Shown here: positions 37,934 to 48,406 of the stretch, piece by piece
Layout of the letters: each line of letters begins with the position of its first letter
How positions within the stretch are numbered: position 1 is the first letter of the stretch
Source of the DNA: Setoptus koraiensis
Lineage: Eukaryota > Animalia > Arthropoda
DNA length: 64,000 nt
Direction: 5' to 3'
Assembly: GCA_048013815.1 (NCBI GenBank)
Contig: CM106586.1
Location: 18,910,001 to 18,974,000 of the forward strand
Made by a program: the position numbers and the translations under genes
Notes under the pieces: model-generated
The model's input: only the letters and a program-made list of their open reading frames with translations
Database searches by the model: none
What the model was told of the DNA's origin: nothing

Positions 37934-40900
37934 CACATATATTGTCGTCTTTTTGATTCCGTGTGACTGTTACTCTTGTCGACTTTAATTATTATCGTCA
38001 GTCCTGTTAAATAAGCTTCTCTACCGTAAGCTAGCTGTCCACACGGGACTGTATTGCACAATATAGCACAATTAGATAACCACCACTAACCACTACTGCT
38101 AGAACAATATATCAAAGTTGTCATCGGCTAATTGTTGTATTTGCAATCGAAAATTCAAAGTGGAAAATTTCATATTAGTCAATGGTTGGATACTTATCAA
38201 GTGACTCATCTAACTTTTCAATATCGCATGATGAACTGAATGAGATACAGTCGGTTCGAAAACGAGAAATGTGACCTCCAACGGAACTCCCTTGGAGGGG
38301 TCAGAATAGTCCGGCTAAATTTAATGTTGTAGTAGTCAGGGCAATTCGAAACGCACGAACTCAACTATAAATATGCCTACTCGAATATGATTTTAATTTA
38401 TTTCATCAATTGTTAGTTTCGAAAAAATTATTAATAACCGTGAGGCCTCTTTGGACCACCAACCTTGCGCCGCTTATCAATCTGTCAGGAGGGATGATCT
38501 GACGTCTGAGCTTATAAGAGGGATACAGGTCCATTGTTGTCTAGCTGATTTGCACGCTATAATTTGCTAGAATATGGCTAGATTAATTAAAAAGTGGCAA
38601 GTTATGGTAGGACCAACAACAATCGACTGTCAGTATCACTCTTACCACAGTGCTCGGTTGCTTATCGAATCAAATGGGAGGTTAGAAGTTATCAAAATAT
38701 AACAATGCTAAATGAAAGTTTTTAGTCAGCTGAAATTCACACGCAAATTGTTGCAACCGACATATGGAATAGAGTGAAACTAAGTATTATTCAAAGCGAA
38801 AGAGAGGGAGAGAAAAGCAGATAGTCTGAGATGTGCACTAAAAGACCTTGAAGGGTTGTTGTCTGAACAAATTGTAACTGATAGGAGTGATCGCAACAAC
38901 TGTACTAGTTGTCTTGTAGTTTTTGCAAACTGGTCCAACCAAATTAACAACATCGGTATAATGAATGAGTAGTTAGTTTCAGCAAGCTGTGCAACAGGTT
39001 TTCGCTTGGTATTTGTCGTGATGTCACACAGTTTGCTGTTGGCAATTGTGCCCTCTTGCAAATGATTATTTAAGCTGAATTTCAGCAAACACAAAAAACA
39101 AAACAACTCGTACTAATCTATATATGAATACAAAGCATAACTGATAAAACGGAAGGCTTTCGCTAGGGCGAAAAGGAGTGTGATTAGATCATTTCAAGCG
39201 GTTAACAATCAGCAGCGGTACCTGAGATAGCTAATGACAGAATGCATGCAAATCGGTCAATTTGAATCGGATATCCTGGGAGATATCACATAGCGAATTA
39301 GACGTTGAATGATAGACAAGAAAGGCGTCTCCATCTATAGTAACAACACTGTATATACTTCTGTTAATATCCGAAAAACTTTCGAAACAACTAAATCACA
39401 AACTGCGTCTGAATTAGTCTGCGCAGCATTAATTAGTTATCTTCCCCTAAACATGTCTTCTATGTCAATAGTTAGCTTCACGTTATATTTGGCTTCAATC
39501 GGATTGTATGTCGTATAAATTGGCTGTTCGTGATATCCAATCATTGTTGATTATCAATGCAAGCTGTCGGTTGTGTTACAAATCAGACACATATGCACAA
39601 TGAGCACCAGTAGTGTCGAAATTACTATTCCTCATATGTACATGGATTTAATTTATTTTCCCCAGCTGTACACTTGCTATCATTACTATATATCTTCTCA
39701 TCAAGTTCTAATCAAACTATTTACGCAGCACTCTATTTTTATCGTGGCGTTTATAACTTATCATTAACTGTGATAGTTTGATTGATGGGTAACTCCGTTA
39801 AAGGTATTCGATATCATGGAAGCAATAATTATTTTTTAATTTCAGAGGGTTAGTTATTTATAGTTGGGCCATCCAGGGACGATCAATCTCTCAATGCTAG
39901 GCAAAACAGTTGAGAGGCCAGCCGATTAGTATGAATTGATTTATTTCATTGGGTGAGATTTTTAATCGAACGATGGCGCAATGTTGGGCGTACAACAAAG
40001 GCTTTCAACTGGCGCTATTATCTAACAATTGAGTAAGTCTGTATATATAAACTGTTTGCGCAACAGTCATTGAAATCAATATATCTTGCTAGCCTTATAA
40101 TTACTACAAGTACTGTTAAGATGAGATGATAATTTATTGAATTGTGTTACATTCCATCTGAGTGGATCGGACAACAAGAAAGAACATTCTATAATTATAA
40201 ATATAAAGTTTATCCATTTATTATTATCGTGCAACTTATTGAGAATCAGTTACACAGCTAGCCATTTAGCAGCAGTGGGCATAACTGTCGTGTTGTTATT
40301 AACTGCAATTGTCCGTTTGTTTGTCGTCCTTCCTATACCACACAAACATTAACAAGGCGAACAGAGGAATTATGATGAAAAATACAAGTATGAAATGAAC
40401 CAAATGAGATGAGATGGGATGATACTATGAATTTCAAGGTTGATAAACTTTATTCAAACTTAACTGAGCTCAAGTTTGCGAATCGCAAGTAGAAAGTGAA
40501 CTGTTTGTTATGGTTCGTTAAGAACAAATATCCATGTGTGATTCGATTGGCGAGAGCTGCCAACTCCCGGCTAAACAAAATAGAGGTGAACAGAAGTAAT
40601 ACCTAGATAATTTCCTAGTGAATGGTTGCGTTTGTGTGTGTTTGACTGACTAGACAAAGAAAATAATGAGCAGATTGTGTGGACTTAAGCAATCAGGATC
40701 AGGTAGTATTAATGGTGATGATAATAGCAGCAACTACCAAAAGTACCAAAGGTTCACAACAACAACTGAATAAACTACACAGCAACAAGTGATCCTGTTA
40801 CGTGCATAAGTCATTCGAACGAATGTTAGCTGGCTATCGAAATTGCAGCGGTTGCAGTTGCGAAAGTGGTAGTTGTTGTTGCTGGCACTGTTACAACTAG

Positions 40901-42108
40901 GACATTTTGCTACCATTGAGGACGATAATCAAAGTAAGGGCAAGGGATGATCGAGTAAACTCGGCTCAACTTGAATATAACCTTAGCTCCTTCCTACTAA
41001 TAGCTAAAAATAACCGAAATAGTATTTTCGAAGGGCGGTATCGCTGATAATGAAATATTGAATCATACATACAATTAGGCGCTAGAGTAAATGATAGAGA
41101 GCGAGACTTGATTGCTTAGTGATAGATTGTTTGATTAACTAACTACTAGTTTGGTGGGCTAGTCAGCTTCTAGTATGACAGCTTACCGTTATGCTCAGCT
41201 GCTAGCGCGATTACTATTAGCCAAAACTTGATACTAACTTGGCTCGTGGTTAGCGCGTGTATATCTGGTTGGCACCCTCGATGTTGTAAATGATAGAATT
41301 ATCATATCTTGTCTTACTCAAAATAAATTAACCACCTTTTGCTTTATTGTCGTGGGAAATTACAGACTTGGCTCACGCTGCATTTTATTAATCTTACACA
41401 CTTCTCACATTCTTCAGTTTTAAAAGAATGTCTTCCTTACATTCTGTCAGTATATCTTGTGTCGGTGTCTCCGTGTTATCAATTACATGTATCATCGCCC
41501 CATTGCTAAAGTAGCTGGCGCGTATAATAGCACCTTTCAACAAAGAATCAAACAGAATTGATTTTGTATTTCAGTGATACTCGATACAGGTGAAGTTAGC
41601 GAAATAGTTTCAACTCTGATTAACAATTTGGAAAACCAATCACTTAGTTTTAACAACAGTTTTTGCCGCGTCTTTTCTAATCAACAGTTAATGGAATCAG
41701 TCGCTTCAAGATGAGCTCTTCACTAAAATCAATTCAAACATCATCAAAAATCTCCAAGAAATCTTAATTATGGAATTACTTGAACAAAATTTCATTTAAT
41801 CCGCACTCTCAGCAATCAAACAACTAAGTCCAATAAGAGAAGCTCAATCAACGTCAAAGATGATTTTGTCTATGGATAGTTGAAGATAGTCGTAGGATGA
41901 CAAAACAAGATAGATCCTTTCTAAAGTTTATAATAATGTGTTCGAAGGCGATATAAAGAAGTCTGCCACAAAATAAAGCATTCATTATTTGGATTTCTAC
42001 CATAGTCTCTAAGAACTTTTCAACCTGTGATTTATAAAGCAATTGTATCTACTTGCGAAATATAGTAACTTCTAGATTCAGCCAACTCAAACAATTATCT
42101 CAACAATC

Positions 42109-43032
42109 ATGACTACCATAGACAAGAGCCCCATCAGATGTTCGGCAGTTCATACTATGGAACGGAACATGCCAGATTTCGATTACTCCTACCTGATTGT
42201 TGAATTGAGAAAATTGATAATTGAGGATATCAAACGAAATCCTGATTGGTATAGCGAAAAAGACATCCACAAGGCTTACAATGATGACTGGTTCATAGCA
42301 AGATACCTGTTGAGAGTAAAGTTAGACACAAAACAAGCCCATCAAATGTTAAGAAAGGCGATGAAATTTAGAAATGGGCCCACTGTTAGAATCACAGAGT
42401 TTCCGCCAGAGTTTTATCAAATAGGTGCAATTTTCGGTTATGAGCCAGACAGGAAGGGGAATATACCCGTTTACTTGCGAATTAGAATGCACCAAAAAAT
42501 AGCTTTGTTGCAAGACTTTCTAAAGGCATTTCTGTTTCAACAGATAGAAAAAACAGATGAAAGGGCCAAAGGTAAAGGCATATGTCTGATATTTGATCTG
42601 CAAGGAGCTGGTATTAGCAACATGGATATGGATTTGCTATTTTTTGTCATAACAACACTAGTCAACTATTTTCCCAAGGGACTTTCCTATATGTTAGTAC
42701 ACGAATTGCCATGGTTTCTGAGATCATTTTGGCTTATAGCTAAGCAGTGGCTATCAGAAGATCATAAAGATTTAGTAAAATTTTCGGATGCTCAAACAAT
42801 ATATGAATATATTGAGGAGCAAAATCTGCCTGACTTCATGGGTGGCACTTGTAAGCGAGATTACCGATTAGTGCCAGAAAATTGTATAAGCTTAAATGAT
42901 GCCGTTAAAAAGTGGGAACTAGACGAGAAGGAAGTACACAAAATAAAAGCCAAATTCGCTGAATTTCTGCCTCAAGAATGTGAACCAGACAAGGAGTGCG
43001 GACAATTACCATCGTCCAACGCCAATGCATGA
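42109..43032 (+). CDS. CRAL-TRIO (Sec14-like) lipid-binding protein, MOSPD2-like paralogue, without MSP or TM domains (307 aa, intronless CDS)
   Basis: DIHKAYNDDWFIARYL, GAIFGYEPDRKGNIPVYLR, LIFDLQGAGISNMDMD, YFPKGLSYMLVHELPWFL and LPDFMGG motifs. Confidence 0.9.
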   Translation: MTTIDKSPIRCSAVHTMERNMPDFDYSYLIVELRKLIIEDIKRNPDWYSEKDIHKAYNDDWFIARYLLRVKLDTKQAHQMLRKAMKFRNGPTVRITEFPPEFYQIGAIFGYEPDRKGNIPVYLRIRMHQKIALLQDFLKAFLFQQIEKTDERAKGKGICLIFDLQGAGISNMDMDLLFFVITTLVNYFPKGLSYMLVHELPWFLRSFWLIAKQWLSEDHKDLVKFSDAQTIYEYIEEQNLPDFMGGTCKRDYRLVPENCISLNDAVKKWELDEKEVHKIKAKFAEFLPQECEPDKECGQLPSSNANA

Positions 43033-43171
43033 GCCTGTAAATGAGGTCAAGATATCCTTGGAGCTAGAATAAGTTATAAATAAATTTCATTGCTGGATGA
43101 AGACAACCTCTGATCAATTTGTTTCTTTCCACAACATAGATAATTAGTTGTAATTGAGTTTAAGTGAATTT

Positions 43172-43787
43172 TTATTGGATGCTGCTGGCATTTGATGCAA
43201 TTCTGGGCCACAGGTCTGCGCATTCTTTTGCCACTGGTCCTGTGATAGCCGAACCTTTCATTTCTCCCTTGTTGTTCACTATAACACCAGCGTTATCTTC
43301 GAAATAAATGAAGGTACCATCCTTTCGCCTAAAAGCTTTTCGCTGTCTAATTACTACGGCGGGCATGACTTTTTTACGCAATTCCGGCTTTCCCTTTTTG
43401 ACTGTAGCGACAAACATGTCACCACAACCTGCTGCTGGAAGCCTGTTAAGTCTACCCCTAATTCCGTTGACTGCGATCACGAATAAATTCTTCGCTCCGG
43501 TGTTGTCGGCACAATTCATAACAGCACCCACAGGTAAACCGAGTGAGATACGGAATTTGGCGCTAGTAGCACCTCCACGTCCTGGAGAACGTCATCAGAA
43601 TGCGATAAGGTGGCCATTGTTTCAGTTGGAACATGTGAGGAGAAAACATTTAGGCGATAGAGATGCTGGAATTAGTATTTTTTGTTTTTTCTCAATCTGG
43701 ATATCTCCACGACAGAGCTTCTAGAAATAAGGCGAGCCGGGTGGCGTTTCTCACGTGATTTTCTCGATACTAACCTCTTTTAGACAT
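43172..43787 (-). CDS. RpL23: 60S ribosomal protein L23 (uL14), exons 43787-43775 and 43581-43172
   Basis: Exon 1 ATG TCT AAA AGA G plus exon 2 GA CGT GGA GGT gives [37 protein letters not shown]...[12 protein letters not shown], the canonical eukaryotic L23 sequence. Confidence 0.97.
43582..43774 (-). other. RpL23 intron (193 nt, phase 1, GT-AG)
   Basis: Donor GTTAGT at 43774 and acceptor TTCTCCAG at 43582. Removing it restores the conserved N-terminus exactly. Confidence 0.92.
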
Positions 43788-44323
43788 TTTGATGGTATTT
43801 ATGTGATCCTAAACGAAATCTTAATTTAAATTGAATTTAGATTCGAATTATATTAGGTGCAAACGCGTGTATAAATATAAATATCAATATTCCAATCCTA
43901 TCATGTGAGCATTGAAAACCAATAACCATGCCGGCGTAAGACTACTGCAACGAACAAATTCATTCTGTTCATGTGCACAGTTTCACTCAGACTTCCGAGT
44001 GAAGAGGCTCGACGCATGCGCGATTGCTTTTTTAGTGAGAGGCGCCAAAATTTAAGAATGAAAAAAGTCCAATTGTTTTGGGCACAGGTTTGTCATGCCT
44101 CGAGCACATGGTTTCAGGTTGTAAATATTCAAAGAAAAAGACCCTTATGAATTAATTAGAACAAATAAAGAATATCAATGTCTTCCTGAACAAGCACTGT
44201 CTAAAAATTGAATCCGGATCAAAACAATGATGAATCCAGGTAGGTCCCAGCTGAATTTATCAGTTGTCACATTCTTCTATTTCCGTAGTTCATCATATCA
44301 ATTACGATCTCAACTACTCTGTC
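43788..44323. promoter_or_regulatory. Bidirectional promoter region for RpL23 and the RRP1-like gene, with a TCT-motif candidate CCTCTTC on the minus strand (44007-44001)
   Basis: Divergent ATGs 536 bp apart. CCTCTTC fits the YC+1TYTYY initiator of ribosomal-protein genes, and the NRF1-like ACGCATGCGCG lies at 44012-44022. Confidence 0.45.
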
Positions 44324-45292
44324 ATGATTATAAAAAAAAAACTCGGATTTATAGCTTACCTCAAAAAGGAGATTAACCATTTCAGGAATGTTGTCTGTGC
44401 AGATGCTAAAGTACCGGTCAGAGTCAAGGCGGTCAACACAATGCTCAACAGTGGTCATAAGCTAGAACTATTGAAAAAAGAGCAACTAGAAACTATCTGG
44501 GAGGCTATATTCTTCGCTTTGTGGTATGCTGAGATGGGCAAGGGATGTGAGGATATAATAGCAGCCACTGTGAGAGGTTGTAAAAATAGATATGAGTTTA
44601 CTCGCTTGGGATTCAAAGAAATAGCCAAGACTTGGTTCGGACTTGATCAGCATAGAGTTGATAAAGTTAGTCACCTGGCGAGACATCTCACTGCCAGGCT
44701 CATCCAGATACAAATCAAAATGTGGTTTGAGGGTAAGAAGAAAGTAGGCGGAGGATCGCGAAAGCCGTGCAAACCGATTGTTTTAGCCATGTTGAACGAC
44801 GTTCAGAATTCGATAGGATTACTCTACTTTATATTAAGCATTTTCGTTGAGGAGTTCAAAAGAGCTCTCGATATTGTCTATGTCAAGAAAAACATATACA
44901 TTGGCCATCCGAAGGTGAAGACTGGCTTGATATCTTTCGTATATAAACAGTTTTTCATGTTTATAGTGGATCAGAAATACGATTTCAGGTTGGTGTCTAC
45001 TGTTGACATGAATATATTCCAAGAGTTCCTGACAACTCACTTAGTTAATGAATCACAAATGACTCAAATACATGTAACACTGAAATTTAAAAAGATCCTT
45101 GATAAATATACCCAAGATAAACGAAGTAAAAAGTTCACAATACATCGGAAGACAGAGTTAACGATGTGCAAATGGTCGTGTATAGTGTCGAGCATTCACG
45201 AATCCTGTATCTCAGGGCAATACTTCACAGATTGTCTTATCCCCAAACCTGTCAAGATAAGAATTCCCAAAGAAACTAAATTTTCAAGATGA
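44324..45292 (+). CDS. RRP1: RRP1/Nop52-family nucleolar rRNA-processing protein, divergent and intronless
   Basis: IWEAIFFALWYAEMGKGCEDII...FKEIAKTWFGLDQHRVDKVSHLARH resembles the Nop52 core (W.GLF..W..DK...; EW.GID..R.DKF..L.R). First ATG at 44324; the track start at 44264 is TTG. Confidence 0.7.
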   Translation: MIIKKKLGFIAYLKKEINHFRNVVCADAKVPVRVKAVNTMLNSGHKLELLKKEQLETIWEAIFFALWYAEMGKGCEDIIAATVRGCKNRYEFTRLGFKEIAKTWFGLDQHRVDKVSHLARHLTARLIQIQIKMWFEGKKKVGGGSRKPCKPIVLAMLNDVQNSIGLLYFILSIFVEEFKRALDIVYVKKNIYIGHPKVKTGLISFVYKQFFMFIVDQKYDFRLVSTVDMNIFQEFLTTHLVNESQMTQIHVTLKFKKILDKYTQDKRSKKFTIHRKTELTMCKWSCIVSSIHESCISGQYFTDCLIPKPVKIRIPKETKFSR

Positions 45293-45946
45293 ACAAGTTG
45301 ATAAATAATAAAGCCAATATAGATCCTAAAGATTAGTCACAGATCTTACTCCATCTTATCTTCATAAGCACTTACAGTAGAACAAGAGGTAGTGGTGTTG
45401 AATGCCTACGCATAATGGATAGTGACAAACTAAACTCGCAGGCAAACCATTAGTTTTTCAGTTCCTCCCGTGTATACTCGAAGATTGATCTCAAATGAAG
45501 AGACCGTATCAGCTTGTATTATTACATAAATAGTATTTCATATTGTTGCAATGGTCTACGAATGTACAATTGATAAAGAATTCTTATTGGAAACGGGCGC
45601 AAGATGGCCTCAGCACCATTAAATTGTTCAAGACCCAGCCCACTGACCAGCTGCCAATCAGACCTTGCTGTGGTTGTGTTATTGTGACTGCTTTGGAGAA
45701 AGGCGGTGCCCGGCGAAAGCGTAACTTTGAAGCTCAAAATCTCATTGTTCACATGCAAATGGCTTCAGGTATTCAAACAAAAAGGATCTTTTTCTTTTCA
45801 TTCAACACATTCGAGAAGAAGCATCTAACTTAACATGCAGGACTGTTCCTTGATTCTATTTAGCGAATCAACACTAAATAAACATTTTACACTTCGTATC
45901 AAATAAATGAATTGACTAATTGGATTAGAGAAATATTTTTGGCAAG

Positions 45947-48322
45947 ATGGATACAACAATTCCTAGATGGTTTCCAGTTACTTGGTGGTCTATGACCATC
46001 ACATTACTAATTATTTGTTCACAGAACTCCCACGAAGCAACAGGTCAACAATACTCTTCTCCGGGTAGAGATAACTTCCATTCTATTAGTGAACACATGA
46101 ATAAAGTTACACCAGAGAATTGTGCCGTCCTAGATACAAACAGTCTATTCTTGCCCATGCAATCTGTTTCGCACATTCCCGATATCAAACAATTTGGAAT
46201 AGATCCAATATATGAGAATAGGACCAATCTGCAGCAAGTGCATAATATGGCTCTGTACAAAGCTTTTTTCGCAAGTTTCATACTACAGAAGGCGCAAGAC
46301 GAACATGAGCCAGGTTTCATGTACTGGATGTTATCGGTGATAGCAGACGTCTCATCGAATCCTCATGTTAATTCTAGTGGCTTGTACTTTTCACCAAATA
46401 GAGCATACACTCCTTCCTACGATGGATTCTTCAATAAAACGCTGCCTCTGTTTGCGCCACGGGCAGTTCGAGCGGACGACTTTAATGATCCTACCCAATT
46501 AAGAGGTACGTCAACTTTAAACACTATTTCCGCTAGTGATCTTGGTGCAATCAGGAGCGATAGCCGCGACAGTAACTACACGACTCCCGAATACAAAACC
46601 AATGAATGGTATCAGCATTGGCTCCCAGATCCGACCAGGCGTCACGACAGTAAGCCAACTTATAGCGTGCAAATATCCCATGCCAATGGCACAAATGAAA
46701 CATTTATATTTCACGGACCCCCGTACGCCTCTGACGATATCGGCCCAGTTAAATGGACTAGGCCCTATTATGATTGTGGCCGCTCGAATAAATGGCTTCT
46801 AGGTGCCTCTGTGCCCATTGCGGATCTATACCCTAGACACACTGGTTGGAGACATATAGAACTGCCTCTCTATGTGGCAGTGGCAGTTATTGAAATGGAT
46901 TTCAATAGGCTAGATATTAATCAATGTCCTTTGAGTGATGGAAATGTAAGTCCAAACACATTTGCGGATACTGCCAAATGCAGAAAAGACACTACTACAT
47001 GCGAACCTATTCACGGATACGGTCTTAGAAGAGGCGGGTACCAATGTCGTTGTAGACCTGGCTTCCGACTGCCCCGTTACGTCAAAGGACCTTACCTGGG
47101 AGAAGTTGTTGAGAGAGCTTCCGAGTCCGAGCGTAAACAAGGCTTTTCTTGCAAAAAGGTTGACAATCTGGCTGTGAAAACTCAGAACGTACAACCCTTA
47201 CCTTTCTGGGACCGCGATAAGGTTATTGCACAAATGGAAACATTGATCGGTTTGTCTTCCAATTTTTCCGGCCAAAGATCCGACCCCAACCTTTTGTCAG
47301 AGCGTATAAGACGCACTATTCCTAGAGAAGATTGTAATAAGATTAGAACATTGGCGCCCCATAGATTGACATTACCCGGTAACTTTGCTCATGGCAAAGA
47401 GCAGCAGTTTGAAAATCAAGCAAGAGCTACCTTGAGATTATCACATTTTATATCATCTTTTATCCAAGTTATAGATCCTAGAGAACTTTTTGCTGAGTTT
47501 CGAAAACCAGACAAGCCCCTAACAAAAGACCAGATTATGGGGGAAGTTTTGAGTTCTCTTGCCAGCGATAGACAGATCCAGGGAATTGGTGTCTTCTTTG
47601 ATAGAAACAAATTCAATTCAGAATCTAGTTCACCTACAGAATACTTCGCACCGTATGCTTACAGACTAGAAAGGAACGCAAGAAATTTTTATATCCTCGA
47701 CATGGCTGCTAGGAGTCCATCTGACAAAAATCATTACACTACCAATGATGCGTTCAGTAAATTGAAGACTCGTTGGAAGACTACTACAGACACTTTGGAT
47801 ACATTTACTCTCAAAATGAATATTAGATTCAACTCATCAGGCTTGAATTCTATCAGGTACGATAGATATCCTATACAATACAGAGCTGCGCAACTAGAGC
47901 ACGGTTATTGGACAGCTCCGTTCTATGATTGCAATGGATTGCATAATACATGGCTTATATCTTATGCTAGTCCGTTCTTTGGCTGGGATAAACTGAAACT
48001 GCGCATTGAATTCAAAGGAATTGTTATAGTAAATCTGAAACTAAGCGAACTAGACATCAATCAATGTGATGATGAATACTATGTAAATAATGCCTTCAAA
48101 GATACTCACAAATGTGATCGAAGATCAACAAGATGCGTTCCTATAAGCGGCAGAAAGTATGAAGCTGGGGGCTACAAGTGTGAATGTAAGCAAGGGTATG
48201 AGTATCCTTTTAATGATTTGACCACATATTTTGATGGGCAAATGATGGAAGCAGAGTATTTGAATGTTTTGCAAAATAAGCCTTCTCGTTTCGATAGTTT
48301 AACTTGTCGTTTGGCCAGCTAA
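45947..48322 (+). CDS. Secreted protein with two tandem GPR158/GPR179-type ectodomain modules (Cache-like + EGF-like) and no 7TM domain (791 aa, intronless)
   Basis: N-terminal signal-like segment. Module 1: WTRPYYDC...W...LDINQC...C.PI.G.G...GGYQCRCRPGF. Module 2: WTAPFYDC...W...LDINQC...THKC...C.PI.G.....GGYKCECKQGY. This matches the GPR158 pattern WTSPYLEC...VDIDQC...THKC...C.PIKG...GAYECICKAGF. The stop follows the last Cys (CRLAS*). Confidence 0.85.
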   Translation: MDTTIPRWFPVTWWSMTITLLIICSQNSHEATGQQYSSPGRDNFHSISEHMNKVTPENCAVLDTNSLFLPMQSVSHIPDIKQFGIDPIYENRTNLQQVHNMALYKAFFASFILQKAQDEHEPGFMYWMLSVIADVSSNPHVNSSGLYFSPNRAYTPSYDGFFNKTLPLFAPRAVRADDFNDPTQLRGTSTLNTISASDLGAIRSDSRDSNYTTPEYKTNEWYQHWLPDPTRRHDSKPTYSVQISHANGTNETFIFHGPPYASDDIGPVKWTRPYYDCGRSNKWLLGASVPIADLYPRHTGWRHIELPLYVAVAVIEMDFNRLDINQCPLSDGNVSPNTFADTAKCRKDTTTCEPIHGYGLRRGGYQCRCRPGFRLPRYVKGPYLGEVVERASESERKQGFSCKKVDNLAVKTQNVQPLPFWDRDKVIAQMETLIGLSSNFSGQRSDPNLLSERIRRTIPREDCNKIRTLAPHRLTLPGNFAHGKEQQFENQARATLRLSHFISSFIQVIDPRELFAEFRKPDKPLTKDQIMGEVLSSLASDRQIQGIGVFFDRNKFNSESSSPTEYFAPYAYRLERNARNFYILDMAARSPSDKNHYTTNDAFSKLKTRWKTTTDTLDTFTLKMNIRFNSSGLNSIRYDRYPIQYRAAQLEHGYWTAPFYDCNGLHNTWLISYASPFFGWDKLKLRIEFKGIVIVNLKLSELDINQCDDEYYVNNAFKDTHKCDRRSTRCVPISGRKYEAGGYKCECKQGYEYPFNDLTTYFDGQMMEAEYLNVLQNKPSRFDSLTCRLAS

Positions 48323-48406
48323 GTAAATTTTGTAGTCTTCGCAGTCCAAATAAATTTTATTTTAATAAAATAAGTGAGTTATTTGTCATCAATAATAGTT
48401 GAGCTA
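48323..48406. terminator. 84-bp convergent intergenic spacer with poly(A) signals on both strands
   Basis: AATAAA at about 48349 and 48364 on plus; TTTATT (minus-strand AATAAA) at about 48356. Confidence 0.5.

Noticed and set aside
45543-45833. 96-aa ORF between the RRP1-like and GPR158-like genes
   Set aside because: It has a TTG start and no recognisable motif, and more likely belongs to the promoter or 5' UTR of the downstream gene.
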